Shown piece after piece: positions 47,154 through 56,480 of a DNA stretch of 64,000 nt. Made by a program: the position numbers and the translations under genes. The DNA is from a virus (taxonomy: Duplodnaviria > Caudoviricetes). Where the stretch lies: positions 1,859 through 65,858 of the IMG/VR virus record IMGVR_UViG_3300002220_000769; one strand, 5' to 3'. Within the stretch, counting starts at the first letter, position 1; each line of letters opens with the position of its first letter. The notes beneath the pieces were generated by a model. It was not told the DNA's origin, searched no databases, and worked only from the letters and a program-made list of their open reading frames with translations.

Positions 47154-48485
47154 ATGAAATTATATGAAATGTTTGGCCATGTAATAACAGAAGATTACAA
47201 AACTTCGGCTGCAAAGCAGTTGCAATCAAACCAAGAACTACAGCAAGCGTGTGACTTGATCAATGCTGGCGGACAGTTGAGTTGGACACTGACTCCAGCA
47301 AAATTGAATCAAAAACTTGGAAGCGAGGGCGCAATATTTGGTCTGTTTGACGACGATGAAATCATTGGCACAATAGGTTTAAAACATTCCAACATACAAT
47401 CACACAGTGTAGCCGAAGTTGGTTACTTGTATGTAATTCCTGAGCACAGAAACTTTCAAAATTTAATGAAATTGTATAATATAGCGTCAGAATATGCACC
47501 ATCATACGATTTTGTTTATGCAACTACAATCAAGACAAACCAGACCATCAATACTATATTGCAAAGAAATTCAAGAGTTAAGTTCGCATTTTCTGCAAGG
47601 TCTCCATTCAGTAGCAACATTCTAAACTACTGGATTTCAAAGAACTCGAGATTGGATTCAGATGAGGCAATTGAAATACTTAAAAGCGAATTTGGTGGAA
47701 GTAGGTTGACGGAATCATCTGTGAATGAATTTAAAATAGTTCTATCTCGCGTCGAATTGGCACCAAAAAATTTTCAAACATCAATTCAACGATTAATAAG
47801 TTCCTCCAAATTTATAGAAACTGGAGATAATGCTGGACCAAATCAAGTATTAGTTATATTTGGTAGGCAAAGTAGTCTGCCAACAAAAAAGAATACTATA
47901 TACGTCGGCAACAATTATTATGACAAAGAACAACAGTATAATATTCTCAAGAATGTCGTTCCCCTGCCATTCACAACTACCAATCCAAACGAACTCAAAG
48001 GAGAATTTGTTGCCAAACAAAAAACTGGACACAAGCAAAAGGGGCAGTTGATTAATCAACTGCCAGATAATCCAGAAGATTATATTTTTCAGAAAAAAAT
48101 AGAGTTAAAATCAGAATACAGAGTGGTAGTTTTCTACATGAATGGCAAGTATCATGTGTCTGGAGTGTACAAAAAGACCGGGCCAAACCTCTCGTTTATT
48201 AGCATAACCTCTGGTCAAATACATGATAAATGCATAGATATAGCAATAGCTGCCTGTGAAAATCTTGGGTATGGAACAAGTGGGGTTGATTTGGCAATAA
48301 CTACATCCGAACTTGGCGAAGGTGTTGGCGGCATAGCATCATCACTTGGAAAACTTGCAGGAAAATTTCAAGGAAAATCTATAAATGGCCAAGTCGTTTT
48401 TTTGGAAGCAAATACACTTCCAAGCATGGCAAATCCAATGTTATTGAACGATTTTCTTAAACACATTAAATTAAAAATGGAATGA
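47154..48485 (+). CDS. GNAT plus ATP-grasp (RimK-like) fusion
   Basis: AEVGYLYVIPEHR; FVAK..G; YIFQKKI..EYRV; GVDL; FLEANTLP; leader MKLYEM..ITED. Confidence 0.7.
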   Translation: MKLYEMFGHVITEDYKTSAAKQLQSNQELQQACDLINAGGQLSWTLTPAKLNQKLGSEGAIFGLFDDDEIIGTIGLKHSNIQSHSVAEVGYLYVIPEHRNFQNLMKLYNIASEYAPSYDFVYATTIKTNQTINTILQRNSRVKFAFSARSPFSSNILNYWISKNSRLDSDEAIEILKSEFGGSRLTESSVNEFKIVLSRVELAPKNFQTSIQRLISSSKFIETGDNAGPNQVLVIFGRQSSLPTKKNTIYVGNNYYDKEQQYNILKNVVPLPFTTTNPNELKGEFVAKQKTGHKQKGQLINQLPDNPEDYIFQKKIELKSEYRVVVFYMNGKYHVSGVYKKTGPNLSFISITSGQIHDKCIDIAIAACENLGYGTSGVDLAITTSELGEGVGGIASSLGKLAGKFQGKSINGQVVFLEANTLPSMANPMLLNDFLKHIKLKME

Positions 48486-48490
48486 TTAAA

Positions 48491-48775
48491 ATGAGACTAA
48501 AAGACATAGCAGAAGTTAAGACAAATTTTCCAGATGCAGATTTTTGGATTCAGAGGAAAGGATCAAAGGAAAACGTTGGAAAACCAACTAAAACATTTTC
48601 ACCAGAAAACATTGGTATCAAAGTTGTGAAAACAGATGTAGTTGACCCAAACTATCTAAAGTACGTTTTTGAATACCTATTCACATCCGGTGCATTTAAA
48701 CCCCTTGCAAAAGGCACACTGAATCTTCAGCATCTGCCGTTAGATGCAATCCGAAATGCCAATATTGGCAACTAA
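48491..48775 (+). CDS. stand-alone type I restriction HsdS TRD-like domain
   Basis: RLKDIAEV..DPNYLKYVF..F..LAKGT..HL pattern. Confidence 0.55.
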   Translation: MRLKDIAEVKTNFPDADFWIQRKGSKENVGKPTKTFSPENIGIKVVKTDVVDPNYLKYVFEYLFTSGAFKPLAKGTLNLQHLPLDAIRNANIGN

Positions 48776-48777
48776 AA

Positions 48778-48825
48778 GTGAAGAACGCAGCGTCTAAATG
48801 ACACTGTGTTTTACGCGTCAGTCAG
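48778..48825 (-). mobile_element. 48-bp miniature IS200/IS605 derivative
   Basis: GTGAAGAACGCAGCGTCTAAATGACACTGTGTTTTACGCGTCAGTCAG|ATAAA; terminator follows. Confidence 0.88.
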
Positions 48826-48850
48826 ATAAAAACCCCCTTTCGGGGGTTTT

Positions 48851-49597
48851 TCATTTGCGATATTTTGCCAACAGATAATTTTTTACCCAACCACTACGAA
48901 CTATATCTTCCAGACCAAAATCAACGAACGCAGTGCCATCTGTTCTACGAAGAATGGGAAGAATACCATAAAATCCAGAACGTGACCCAAGGTCATTTTG
49001 ATTTTCGTCACCTGTAATAAGCATCTTAGAGTTTTCACCAAGTCTGGTCAAAACTGTTTCTGCTTCAATAAAAGTGTTGTCTTGGCATTCTTCGAATATA
49101 ACGATTGAATCGTTAAAACTTATTCCACGCAAGTATGATGTTGGCATAAACTCAACCAGACCAATTTCTTCCATATTTTGGAATGACTTTTTGTATGACA
49201 AAAGTTCGTCAAAAATGTATCGGTACGGTTCTTTGAAAGGGCTTACTTTGTCTTCTATTTCACCAGGAAGACTTCCCAATGACCTACATTCGACCGTCGA
49301 TTTGACTATAACAATTTTTTTGTATGGTGTGCTTGGGTCAAGAACTTCTTTCAGTGCTAAGTAACAAGCCAAGAAACTCTTTCCGGTTCCAGCGTATCCA
49401 AGCAATCCCAACACCGTGGTTTCTGGATCTTCCCAAAGATTAAATGCAGCGCGTTGATTTTCAGTCATCGGACTTATGTGATTCAAGTCATGCAATGAAA
49501 ACTTCTTCTTGATGTCTGGCATAAATTTTTTCTCAACATCAAGCGAAATTAACTGAAAATCCTTTGTGTTTCTTTTTGCTGCTTTTTGGCGTGCCAT
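48851..49597 (-). CDS. phoH: PhoH-family ATPase
   Basis: GYAGTGKSF; YLRGISFN; EECQD; GDENQND. Confidence 0.92.
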   Translation of the reverse strand: MARQKAAKRNTKDFQLISLDVEKKFMPDIKKKFSLHDLNHISPMTENQRAAFNLWEDPETTVLGLLGYAGTGKSFLACYLALKEVLDPSTPYKKIVIVKSTVECRSLGSLPGEIEDKVSPFKEPYRYIFDELLSYKKSFQNMEEIGLVEFMPTSYLRGISFNDSIVIFEECQDNTFIEAETVLTRLGENSKMLITGDENQNDLGSRSGFYGILPILRRTDGTAFVDFGLEDIVRSGWVKNYLLAKYRK

Positions 49598-49969
49598 AAA
49601 TTTTTTTCTCCGTTGATTGGTTTGTTTCCTGCAAGTTTATGCAGAATTGGTGGTGTCACGAAACTTCAACAATTTAATTGTATCCGTTTCGAATCTACAA
49701 AGCAAGAAAAATTTTTTCAATTGAATGCAATTTTTCATGTTTATTCTAGAAGTACTGTGCGAGTCGTAGTTTTTGCAGAAATTATTTGCAAATAGAAGAA
49801 TTTCAAGGATTTTATTGATGGGCTCAATGTGATGCAAAACTGACTCCAAAAATGCATGATTACCACAAGTATTTACCATTTTTTTAGTTTTGTTTGATAC
49901 CAAAAAGTTTTAGTCAATCTGGTTTTTCTGTTTTTTTCCTAAATATCAGTAACTACTTCGGAAATTATC

Positions 49970-50350
49970 ATGAATTTTGACTTCTCAACATCTACAATAC
50001 CAGAACTATTAACAGGCGCAGTTGTTGGATTAATTGGTCTTACCATCGGTTTTAAAAAACTGCTGACTATGTTTGCATCAGAAAAAATTGCAATGGCAAA
50101 AATAGAATCTGAACTTGAAGTTATAAATTTATTACGAGAACAAGTGCATGAACTCACCAAGGCAAACAGAGAATTGAGATCCGAAATAGAACAACTTAGA
50201 AAATTAAATTCATGTCTAATAGAAGAAAATGACAAGATAAAAAGAGAAATACGGTTATTAAGTGAATATGTAAACACAATGCCGTGTTTAGAAAAGGGTT
50301 GCGAGAAAAAGCCTGCCTCACAAGAAAATCAACAAAAACTGCCGCAATAA
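49970..50350 (+). CDS. membrane-anchored coiled-coil protein
   Basis: one TM helix followed by heptads. Confidence 0.6.
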   Translation: MNFDFSTSTIPELLTGAVVGLIGLTIGFKKLLTMFASEKIAMAKIESELEVINLLREQVHELTKANRELRSEIEQLRKLNSCLIEENDKIKREIRLLSEYVNTMPCLEKGCEKKPASQENQQKLPQ

Positions 50351-50376
50351 ATACTGTCATCTAATACGAGAAAAAG

Positions 50377-50910
50377 ATGAAAAATATAGAAGAAATAATC
50401 AACAATACCAAAGAAATAATGGTATCTGACCATTCATTGAGTATTTTGCTCGACTTTGAGCGAGTAATTTCGGAATTTGGCGTATATGCATTCAAAAATT
50501 GGTTTGATGGTGAATTGGTTGAAGGACCAAAAATAGAGAAATACCACGTCACATGCGTTTTTATGTGGGGCAGAGATCATATGCCAGACCCAGACGGCGC
50601 AAAACGTCTATTGAATCACGATTGTGAGATAACCTTCAAAAAAAGCAAATTTGTTTCACCAGTGAAAATTAAAACCCCAGATGATTATCGGGCTGGAACA
50701 AAATTCGCAAGACTCGAAAAAAGACCAGTTTGGCTTGTAAGTATCACTATACCTAAAAAACTAATGGAAAATATTGACTTTTCTATGCTTCCGGTAGAAG
50801 AGGATGCAGAAGTAAATGAGTTTGAGCAAGAAAATATCCAAAATCAAGACATGAATGCAGATTTTGGTGTGGAGAATACAGGCGATGAAGAAGAACAACT
50901 ACAAAAGTAA
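50377..50910 (+). CDS. conserved hypothetical protein
   Basis: LLDFERV..YAFKNW..GELVEGP. Confidence 0.75.
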   Translation: MKNIEEIINNTKEIMVSDHSLSILLDFERVISEFGVYAFKNWFDGELVEGPKIEKYHVTCVFMWGRDHMPDPDGAKRLLNHDCEITFKKSKFVSPVKIKTPDDYRAGTKFARLEKRPVWLVSITIPKKLMENIDFSMLPVEEDAEVNEFEQENIQNQDMNADFGVENTGDEEEQLQK

Positions 50911-51448
50911 TTTATACGAAAACTTGATGCATGGCGATCTTGAGAGAGTGATAACCAAGAAAATCCACATCGATGAATTCAAAAGTAAAATTGGAGATGA
51001 TAAAGACATATGTGTCATTAGTTTCAGGACTGCATCAAAAGAATCGGCGAATGATTTGATGAATTTCATACAAAAATCAACCCCGTCAATAATTGATGTT
51101 GATATGAGTCCAGGTGCGTTAAATGACAAAAAGTACTTAGTATATGTAGAAATACCAAGAAACGAAGATTTGTATAATAATATACTTGAATTGGTGAATG
51201 AAGTGAAAAACCTGTCTGGGTCAGACATAGAAGAGTGGAAATTTAAATTCTTTGTTGAAGACATTTATCATTCTTTGACTATAGATAACCTGCAAAACAC
51301 AGTCCCGAATTCGGACAAAGCATACGAAGATATGATTTATCAGCGAGAATTGAAATCTATTAAAGAAAGTTCTGGAGTAAAAATTTATGGCAATTCTATC
51401 AAAGATAAAGAACTTTTTTCAATCCAGCAGCAAGCAGGAATCAAATAA
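50885..51448 (+). CDS. conserved hypothetical protein
   Basis: IHIDEFKSKIGDDKDICV; start uncertain. Confidence 0.7.
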   Translation: MKKNNYKSNLYENLMHGDLERVITKKIHIDEFKSKIGDDKDICVISFRTASKESANDLMNFIQKSTPSIIDVDMSPGALNDKKYLVYVEIPRNEDLYNNILELVNEVKNLSGSDIEEWKFKFFVEDIYHSLTIDNLQNTVPNSDKAYEDMIYQRELKSIKESSGVKIYGNSIKDKELFSIQQQAGIK

Positions 51449-51488
51449 GACTGCTGAACCAATAATTAACCAACCACTGGAGATTTTC

Positions 51489-52112
51489 ATGATAATAACA
51501 AAGTCACAACTTCAACAGATTTTGCCAACAAATAAAGAAATCGATGAATGGCACCAATTAATCAACGATCTTTGTCCAAAATATGGCATCAACACTCCAA
51601 AGAGATTGTCCGCGTTTTTATCACAATGCGGACATGAGAGTGCAGATTTTAGAGTTCTGGCAGAGAATCTAAACTATTCAGCAGAATCTCTAATGAAAGT
51701 ATTTGCGAAATATTTTAGAGATGTTCCTGCAAGTTCCTATCATCGCAAGCCAGAAAAAATAGCAAACAGAGTCTATTCCAACAGGATGGGTAATGGTTCA
51801 GAACAAAGTGGCGATGGATGGAGATATCGTGGGAGAGGTGCCATTCAGGTCACTGGAAAAAGCAATTACAAAGAATGCAGTCAATACTTATTTAATGACG
51901 AGCGTCTTGTAGACAATCCAGATTATTTGACTACCAAAGAGGGAGCACTACTTTCTGCGCTGTGGTATTGGAACAGCAGAAACCTAAATCGCGAAGCAGA
52001 TGCAGGTGACGTTAGTTCTGCGACCAGAAAGATAAATGGCGGATTTCACGGTCTCGAAGATAGATTGCGCAGATACAATATGGCACTATCAATCTTGTCA
52101 GAAGGAAAGTGA
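51489..52112 (+). CDS. GH19 chitinase-like endolysin
   Basis: FLSQCGHES; ENLNYSA; YRGRGAIQVTG; KINGG..GLEDR. Confidence 0.92.
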   Translation: MIITKSQLQQILPTNKEIDEWHQLINDLCPKYGINTPKRLSAFLSQCGHESADFRVLAENLNYSAESLMKVFAKYFRDVPASSYHRKPEKIANRVYSNRMGNGSEQSGDGWRYRGRGAIQVTGKSNYKECSQYLFNDERLVDNPDYLTTKEGALLSALWYWNSRNLNREADAGDVSSATRKINGGFHGLEDRLRRYNMALSILSEGK

Positions 52113-52564
52113 TTATGTTTGAACTAATAACAGAGTGGATCTCGGAAATGTCTATTGCCATTTCGTCACTCGGATTGGTAGTCTCTTTTTTGATTAAAAA
52201 TTTTGTAAAAACAAAGTTTGGAACGTATTCTGTTTTAATTTACATAGCACTCATTGCAGTTCTGTGTGCTGGTGTGTATTTTAAGGGTCAAGGAGACGAA
52301 AGAACTAAATGGCAATCCGAACTAATAAAAACAAACGAAATTGTTACTGAATTAAACTTAAAAAACACAACTCTAAGTAATCAGAACAAAAAATTGAACG
52401 AAACTATTTCTACCTTGATTAAAGAAAAAGAGCGACTAATTAAAAGCAAAGGAAAAGTTATAATCAAACAAGTAGATCGAAGAATAAGTGATGAAGAAAA
52501 TAGACAGTGTGTTATACCTGACTCTTTTATAGAATATCATAACGAAATAGTGGAGTTAAAATGA
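52109..52564 (+). CDS. Rz-like inner-membrane spanin
   Basis: TM helices then coiled coil; follows endolysin. Confidence 0.65.
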   Translation: MIMFELITEWISEMSIAISSLGLVVSFLIKNFVKTKFGTYSVLIYIALIAVLCAGVYFKGQGDERTKWQSELIKTNEIVTELNLKNTTLSNQNKKLNETISTLIKEKERLIKSKGKVIIKQVDRRISDEENRQCVIPDSFIEYHNEIVELK

Positions 52565-52818
52565 AATATTTGTTAATGATTTTGTTTCCAGCGTTGATGG
52601 TTGGTTGTTCAACAACAAAAGTCGTGTATGTATTTCCAGAACCACCACACGCACTTATGCAACCCGCTGAACAATTGGAACCTTTGCCACCAGAAAACGT
52701 TGACATGAAAACTGTCGCAAGAATAGTCGGGGAAAATTACTTAAAATATCATGTTCTTGCGGAAAAATATAAGGATTGGCAAGAATGGGCGAATTCCCAG
52801 AAAAAACCACCAAATTAA
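52561..52818 (+). CDS. Rz1-like outer-membrane lipoprotein spanin
   Basis: lipobox LMVGC; proline-rich. Confidence 0.75.
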   Translation: MKYLLMILFPALMVGCSTTKVVYVFPEPPHALMQPAEQLEPLPPENVDMKTVARIVGENYLKYHVLAEKYKDWQEWANSQKKPPN

Positions 52819-53180
52819 ACACCAAGTTTCTGACTGAAACTTGGATAGACAAAAGGTGGAGACCAATGATGGGATGGTCTTATTTCGCAACTTGCACGTT
52901 TGATTTTATCATTTTCCCGATATTATGGTCAATGGCGCAAGTCATTTTTTTGTCTGATGTGTTCACACAGTGGGAACCAATAACATTGCAGGGAGGGGGC
53001 TTGTATCACGTTGCAATGGGTGCTATAGTGGGGGTAACATCGTGGCAACGATCAAATGAAAGAATTTCTTGCACAACACAAGAAAATGATATAAACTACT
53101 ACCCAAGTAGTAGAAAAGTTGAAAACTACGAGTACAGAAATCAAGAACCAAGTTCTACTCCAAACTCAAGATTCGAATGA
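52785..53180 (+). CDS. 3TM holin-like protein
   Basis: RWRPMMGWSY..W.PITL..MGAIVG. Confidence 0.7.
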   Translation: MGEFPEKTTKLNTKFLTETWIDKRWRPMMGWSYFATCTFDFIIFPILWSMAQVIFLSDVFTQWEPITLQGGGLYHVAMGAIVGVTSWQRSNERISCTTQENDINYYPSSRKVENYEYRNQEPSSTPNSRFE

Positions 53181-53611
53181 AAATAACAAACACCATTTTA
53201 AAGAAAAAACTTCCAGAAATAGAAAAGAAAAAAATACCACAACTAAAAGAAGTTGCGGAAGAAATGCTTAGGTTCGTGAAAAGTAACAACGCAATCGGTC
53301 TTGCGGCTAATCAAGTTGGGATTCCAAAGAGAATGTTCATCATGTCAATAGAAGGCGAAGATTTTGTTTGTGTCAACCCAATAGTGTTGTCAGAATCTCC
53401 AACAGTATCTTCCCAAGAAGAGGGATGCTTAAGTTTTGACAAAAAAACTTGCGAGGTTGAAAGGCCAGTAGAAATCGTGGTAGAGTACTCAGACATTAAA
53501 GGAGACATTATCCAGAAAACTTTTAATGGAATTCGTGCAAGATGCTTTTTGCACGAATTGGACCATCTTAACGGCATAACCATGTTCAAACGAAAAAGTG
53601 AGGCAAAATGA
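53177..53611 (+). CDS. def: peptide deformylase
   Basis: GLAANQVG; EGCLS; HELDHLNG. Confidence 0.95.
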   Translation: MKITNTILKKKLPEIEKKKIPQLKEVAEEMLRFVKSNNAIGLAANQVGIPKRMFIMSIEGEDFVCVNPIVLSESPTVSSQEEGCLSFDKKTCEVERPVEIVVEYSDIKGDIIQKTFNGIRARCFLHELDHLNGITMFKRKSEAK

Positions 53612-55878
53612 TTTATCAAAACCCAGAAATTGACATTATCGTGGATGATGCGGCAGAGTTAGCGAAAGAACTAAATCATGAGTACGTGACTGTGGAGCAT
53701 CTTGCACTATCATTGGTAAGATTCAAGTCTTTTGCTGATGTAATGAAAAAGACAACAGGAAATTACGATGGTCTTGTTTCAGACTTAGAGCAGTTTCTAA
53801 ACTCAAGGACAGAAATACAGGCAAAATCAGAAAATACACGCCCAAAAAAGACCAGTTCATTAGAGCGAATTTTCAACCGATCAATCACACAAGTTTTATT
53901 TTCTGGTCGTCAACATATACAAACTATCGATGTTTTCATCAGCATTTCCTTTGAAACTGGAAGCCATGCGTCATATTATATTGCAAAAAATGGATTTGAC
54001 CGCGCAGATCTGACTGATATATATAATGACGAGTATAATTACAAGCAAGGTGAAGAATTGGCGCAAAAATCAAAGCAAGATGAGATTCTGGCAGAACATT
54101 GCCAAAATATAAATGAAATGGTAGAATCTGGAAAACTTGATCCGGTGGTTGGACGAGACACTGAAATTGCTCAGATGGTCGAGATTCTTTCAAAACGAAA
54201 CAAGAGCAACGTTCTTCTTGTTGGCGATGCCGGTGTTGGTAAGACCAGTCTGGTGGATGGCCTTGCACAAAAAATCGTTGAAGGAAAAGTTCCAGAATAT
54301 CTGAAAGACTTTTCTGTGTATTCCGTCGACGTTGGTTCGTTACTTGCAGGTACTAAGTATCGTGGAGATTTTGAAGAAAAAATCAAGAAAATAATTGAAT
54401 CCATGTCCGAGAAGGGCAACTGTATCATGTTCATTGATGAAGCACATCAGATGAAAGGGGCAGGTTCTTCAAACGGAAGCAGTGTTGATTTCGCAAACAT
54501 GATTAAACCTGCTTTGGCAAGAGGGAAAGTAAAAGTCATTGCCAGCACCACGTGGGAAGAATACAACCAATCATTTGAAAAAGATCGTGCATTGATGCGT
54601 CGTTTCTATCGTCTTCCAGTAAACGAGCCATCATCCGATGTTACGAAGAAAATTCTCAAGACATTGAAGTCACACTTTGAAAATTTTCACGGTGGTAAAA
54701 TTTCACAAGAAGCAATTGACTCTGCCGTAGATCTATCAATTCGTTATCAAAAAGACAAAAAACTTCCAGATAAGGCAATCGATTTGATCGACAGTGCATG
54801 CGCTGTTGCAAAAATTAGTTCTAAAAAGTGGACTATCAAAAAGACGAATATTATTCGAGAATTGAGTAAGAGCACAGGGGTTCCAGAGGAACACATGCAT
54901 CAAACCGACAGTAAAAAGACGCTTGATTCACTTGAAGTGAATATCAAGAAGAAACTGTTCTCACAAGATGCTGCTGTCGATGCAGTATTGGAAAAAATTT
55001 ATCTATCATATTCTGGACTAAAAAACCCAAATAAGCCACTTGGTTCTTTCCTATTCATTGGTAAGAGTGGGTGTGGAAAAACTGAACTTTGTAAACTGTT
55101 GGCAGAAAATCTTGATATGAAACTCATTCGGTTTGACATGAGTGAATTCCAAGAAAAGCACACAGTCAGCAAACTTGTTGGTAGTCCACCAGGATACGTC
55201 GGGTTCGATGATGCAAATACTTCTGGCGGTTTACTTGTAAATGCAATTGAAAAGAATCCGCATTCAATCATTCTATTTGATGAGATTGAAAAAGCACACC
55301 CAGACGTATCAAACATCCTATTGCAAATGATGGACGAGGGGACTATCACCGGAAGTAAAGGTAATACCGCAGATTGCAGAAATTCGGTAATCATCATGAC
55401 CAGTAACTTGGGCGCAAAGGAATCAGAGCGAAATATTATCGGTTTTGGATCAGAATCCAATTCTGTCGATGGATTCTCATCTGCAGTGAAGGATTTCTTT
55501 AAGCCAGAATTCAGAAACCGCATTGATGCGATTTGTAGGTTCTCAGACCTGTCCAAAAAAGACATGGAAAATATTGTGTATAAGTTCTTGTCGGATATTA
55601 ACAAGCGGATTGAAGACAAAGAAATCCACGTTGAACTTAGCAAAAAGATGCTTGAACACATTGTCGAAGAAAGTTATAAAGAAAAGTTGGGTGCCCGTCC
55701 AATTGAGAGGAATCTAAACAAGATGATCTCTGTTCCTCTAAGTAAAGAGATTCTCTTCAACAAACTACAATCTGGACAATATGTTGCAGACTACATCGAT
55801 GAAAAAGTGTCTTTCATACGAACAGTACAAAATATTGTCGAAGTAGACCAGTTTGGCGTAATTGAAGAAAGGAACTAA
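53608..55878 (+). CDS. clpA: ClpA-like AAA+ chaperone
   Basis: Clp N domain; GDAGVGKT; FIDEAH; GKSGCGKT; FDEIEKAH. Confidence 0.93.
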   Translation: MIYQNPEIDIIVDDAAELAKELNHEYVTVEHLALSLVRFKSFADVMKKTTGNYDGLVSDLEQFLNSRTEIQAKSENTRPKKTSSLERIFNRSITQVLFSGRQHIQTIDVFISISFETGSHASYYIAKNGFDRADLTDIYNDEYNYKQGEELAQKSKQDEILAEHCQNINEMVESGKLDPVVGRDTEIAQMVEILSKRNKSNVLLVGDAGVGKTSLVDGLAQKIVEGKVPEYLKDFSVYSVDVGSLLAGTKYRGDFEEKIKKIIESMSEKGNCIMFIDEAHQMKGAGSSNGSSVDFANMIKPALARGKVKVIASTTWEEYNQSFEKDRALMRRFYRLPVNEPSSDVTKKILKTLKSHFENFHGGKISQEAIDSAVDLSIRYQKDKKLPDKAIDLIDSACAVAKISSKKWTIKKTNIIRELSKSTGVPEEHMHQTDSKKTLDSLEVNIKKKLFSQDAAVDAVLEKIYLSYSGLKNPNKPLGSFLFIGKSGCGKTELCKLLAENLDMKLIRFDMSEFQEKHTVSKLVGSPPGYVGFDDANTSGGLLVNAIEKNPHSIILFDEIEKAHPDVSNILLQMMDEGTITGSKGNTADCRNSVIIMTSNLGAKESERNIIGFGSESNSVDGFSSAVKDFFKPEFRNRIDAICRFSDLSKKDMENIVYKFLSDINKRIEDKEIHVELSKKMLEHIVEESYKEKLGARPIERNLNKMISVPLSKEILFNKLQSGQYVADYIDEKVSFIRTVQNIVEVDQFGVIEERN

Positions 55879-55952
55879 AACCAATGGGCCCTACGGGGTC
55901 CATTTTTCTGTTGAGAATAAATACCTGATACCCCAATGGAGTTAAATGAATA

Positions 55953-56132
55953 ATGGCAAAAATTGTAGAAGAAATGTTCGTAGTGAAAGTTAGTAGATTA
56001 GTGAAAGATTCAAGTGATGTTGAAGGAAACCTTGTAACTGAAGAAGTTGTTTCCACAGTTGAAACACTGGTCGATGAACTGTTGAGTGAAATTCACAATT
56101 CAGATTTCGTTGTTGAAGTGATAAAAGAGTGA
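55953..56132 (+). CDS. 59-aa hypothetical protein
   Basis: MAKIVEEMFVVKVSRLVK; ATAAATA upstream; GGAG RBS. Confidence 0.7.
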   Translation: MAKIVEEMFVVKVSRLVKDSSDVEGNLVTEEVVSTVETLVDELLSEIHNSDFVVEVIKE

Positions 56133-56479
56133 TGAGAACATACAATCTACAGAACTTCGTCACGTATGAGGAATCTTTGGACGGAAAGGTGAATAGTAAT
56201 CATCACATAGGAGTTGGTTACTACCCATCTTATAGCGCGTTGACAACTGTTACTATTTCTGTTAGTGAAAATTTCGTCGGAAATATTTCCATCCAAGGGG
56301 CACTACATAGTTCTCCAACTGAGTTGGATTGGACAACTATAGAAACGTTCAGCAAAGACGATGCAGACGAAAGCAACATTATAACAAAAAATTTATATGG
56401 AAACTTCCCATGGATAAGATCAAGTATACACGACTTTGAGAGTGGATCAGTAAATTACATCAGGATCTCGTATATCTAA
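56129..56479 (+). CDS. hypothetical (probably virion) protein
   Basis: beta-rich; FVGNISIQGAL..PTELDW. Confidence 0.65.
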   Translation: MMRTYNLQNFVTYEESLDGKVNSNHHIGVGYYPSYSALTTVTISVSENFVGNISIQGALHSSPTELDWTTIETFSKDDADESNIITKNLYGNFPWIRSSIHDFESGSVNYIRISYI

Positions 56480-56480
56480 A

